Translations under genes and position numbers: made by a program
The notes under the pieces: model-generated
What the model saw: the letters and a program-made list of their open reading frames with translations, nothing else
Database searches by the model: none
Told to the model about the DNA's origin: nothing
Shown: positions 62,714 through 64,000 of the stretch, in pieces
Layout of the letters: each line of letters begins with the position of its first letter
Position numbering within the stretch: position 1 is the first letter of the stretch
NCBI RefSeq assembly: GCF_009914755.1
Contig: NC_060935.1
Strand: one strand, 5' to 3'
Length of the DNA: 64,000 bases
Source of the DNA: the human T2T-CHM13v2.0 reference genome, Homo sapiens

Positions 62714-64000
62714 GGGTTTGTATCATAATCTTGTAAAACACATTTCTGCACACTATAAACCTGAATATTTAAATCCCAAATGATCAAAATCTCTAAGGAT
62801 CAATACCCGTAAAGTCTAAATGACTGAAGTCTAAAATACATAACAACAAAAATCCCAAAAATCACAATCCCCAAAGATTAAAATTTTGAATGTTGAAATC
62901 CTGAAAGCAAATTCTGAGAAAGGAATTAGCGTGGTTTTGGTTGTATGTAGAATAGTGGCATCTTGTTTGTTTTATTGTGTTTGGTAGAACTATCATCTTG
63001 TTATTTTTATTATTTTGAAATTAAGTCAGGTTTAAGGAGATGTGTATGGATGCCGAGCTGACCAAAGATGAACTTGACTCAATTTTAGGTGTCAGCTTGA
63101 CTGGATTAAGAATGATCTAGAAACCTTGGAAACATTATTTTTTTCATGTGTCTGTGAGATTGTTTTCAGAGTGATTAGTGTGTGGACCCACGTGGACTAG
63201 GTGGGGAAGATGATCCCTCAATGTTGGCCTCCACATCCAGTCATCCAGGGTTCTCTCCTGGAGAGAACATATACAGAAGGCAAACTAGACTCTCTCTGAG
63301 AGCAAATACAGACTTTGTTTTACTGCCTTGAATATCAGAAATTTAACTCCACCAAAGTGCATTATCACAAAGCTGACTTTGTGTGTAAGCATTGCACATG
63401 TATGTAAAAATGCTGGCACTTCCTCAATAAGTGAAGAGATATCCTTTTGTACATCTGCAATTGTGAAAGGTACAATTTCTCAAGATCTTGGCTCTTTGGA
63501 TGAATGTATATGCTATGGTGGCCTATCACAGCTTTTGATCGATCTCTTCAAAAGACTTAGATTGTTTTTCATGGTATTTCAGGCAACTACAGTATAAAAC
63601 TGAGTGCACACAATTACCAACCACAGAGGTATTCATTTATATATTTCCTTTTTATACTATTTCGTTATGAACGTGGTTAATCTGGTCATAACTGTTATAT
63701 GTATATTTAACTGTCATTAGTATATTTGAGTGTTTATGCTTGCAAAAATACGTATGTTGTTATTGCTTATTTTATTGTGTAAAGTTGCCTATGAAATATT
63801 CTGTCATATTTATATGTTCCTCAAATAAATCTTTTAAAATTATAAATAAGTATATTTTAGAGAACTGGAAAAGGTTTTTAGAGTTATATTTTTGGGATTT
63901 TGATCTTTTGGGATTACAATTTTTAGAATTTTAGACTTCTGAGGTTTTGTTCTTTTGGGATTTCAACATTCAGGATTATGGTGTTTGAGATTATGTCTTT
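62714..64000. mobile_element. Ricksha (MULE-MuDR) non-autonomous DNA transposon carrying an MLT2/ERVL-derived segment
   Basis: Left end gggtttgtatcataatc followed by aaatccc-type subterminal repeats; mirrored tttgggattt repeats at 63890-64000; internal MLT2-like gtgtcagcttgactggattaag...tgtgtctgtgag. The right TIR runs past the window end. Confidence 0.82.

Noticed and set aside
62760-62910. Short repeated aaatccc motifs resembling an array or CRISPR
   Set aside because: They are Ricksha subterminal repeats, irregular and without unique spacers, in a eukaryotic context.

Overview
AT-rich primate (human/great-ape type) genomic DNA made mostly of transposable elements. I found no cellular protein-coding exon, RNA gene, CRISPR array or prokaryotic system, and all long ORFs come from L1 or ERV sequence. 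Main elements: a 5'-inverted L1PA3-type element (1455-4790), a decayed two-LTR ERV1 (gammaretrovirus-like) provirus on the minus strand (9902-~18490) with gag/pro/pol, a heavily deleted env and nested LTR47 and Alu insertions, a full-length inactive L1PA3/L1PA2-type element (22789-28820, minus) lacking the 129-bp ZNF93 site, two older 5'-inverted L1MA copies, solo LTRs (LTR1, MER66-like, MSTB, THE1, MLT1), DNA transposons (MER33, Tigger1, Tigger3, MADE1, Ricksha), Alus, MIRs and L2s. The most unusual signals are local templated-copy events. A MADE1 MITE holds a ~180-bp inverted copy of nearby unique DNA (18989-19306). A compound insertion at 59651-59965 is stitched from two neighbouring loci. 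The two young L1s also share three apparently non-consensus variants, which suggests gene conversion. Subfamily names are from recalled consensus sequences and identities are by-eye estimates; all need RepeatMasker/Dfam and alignment confirmation.
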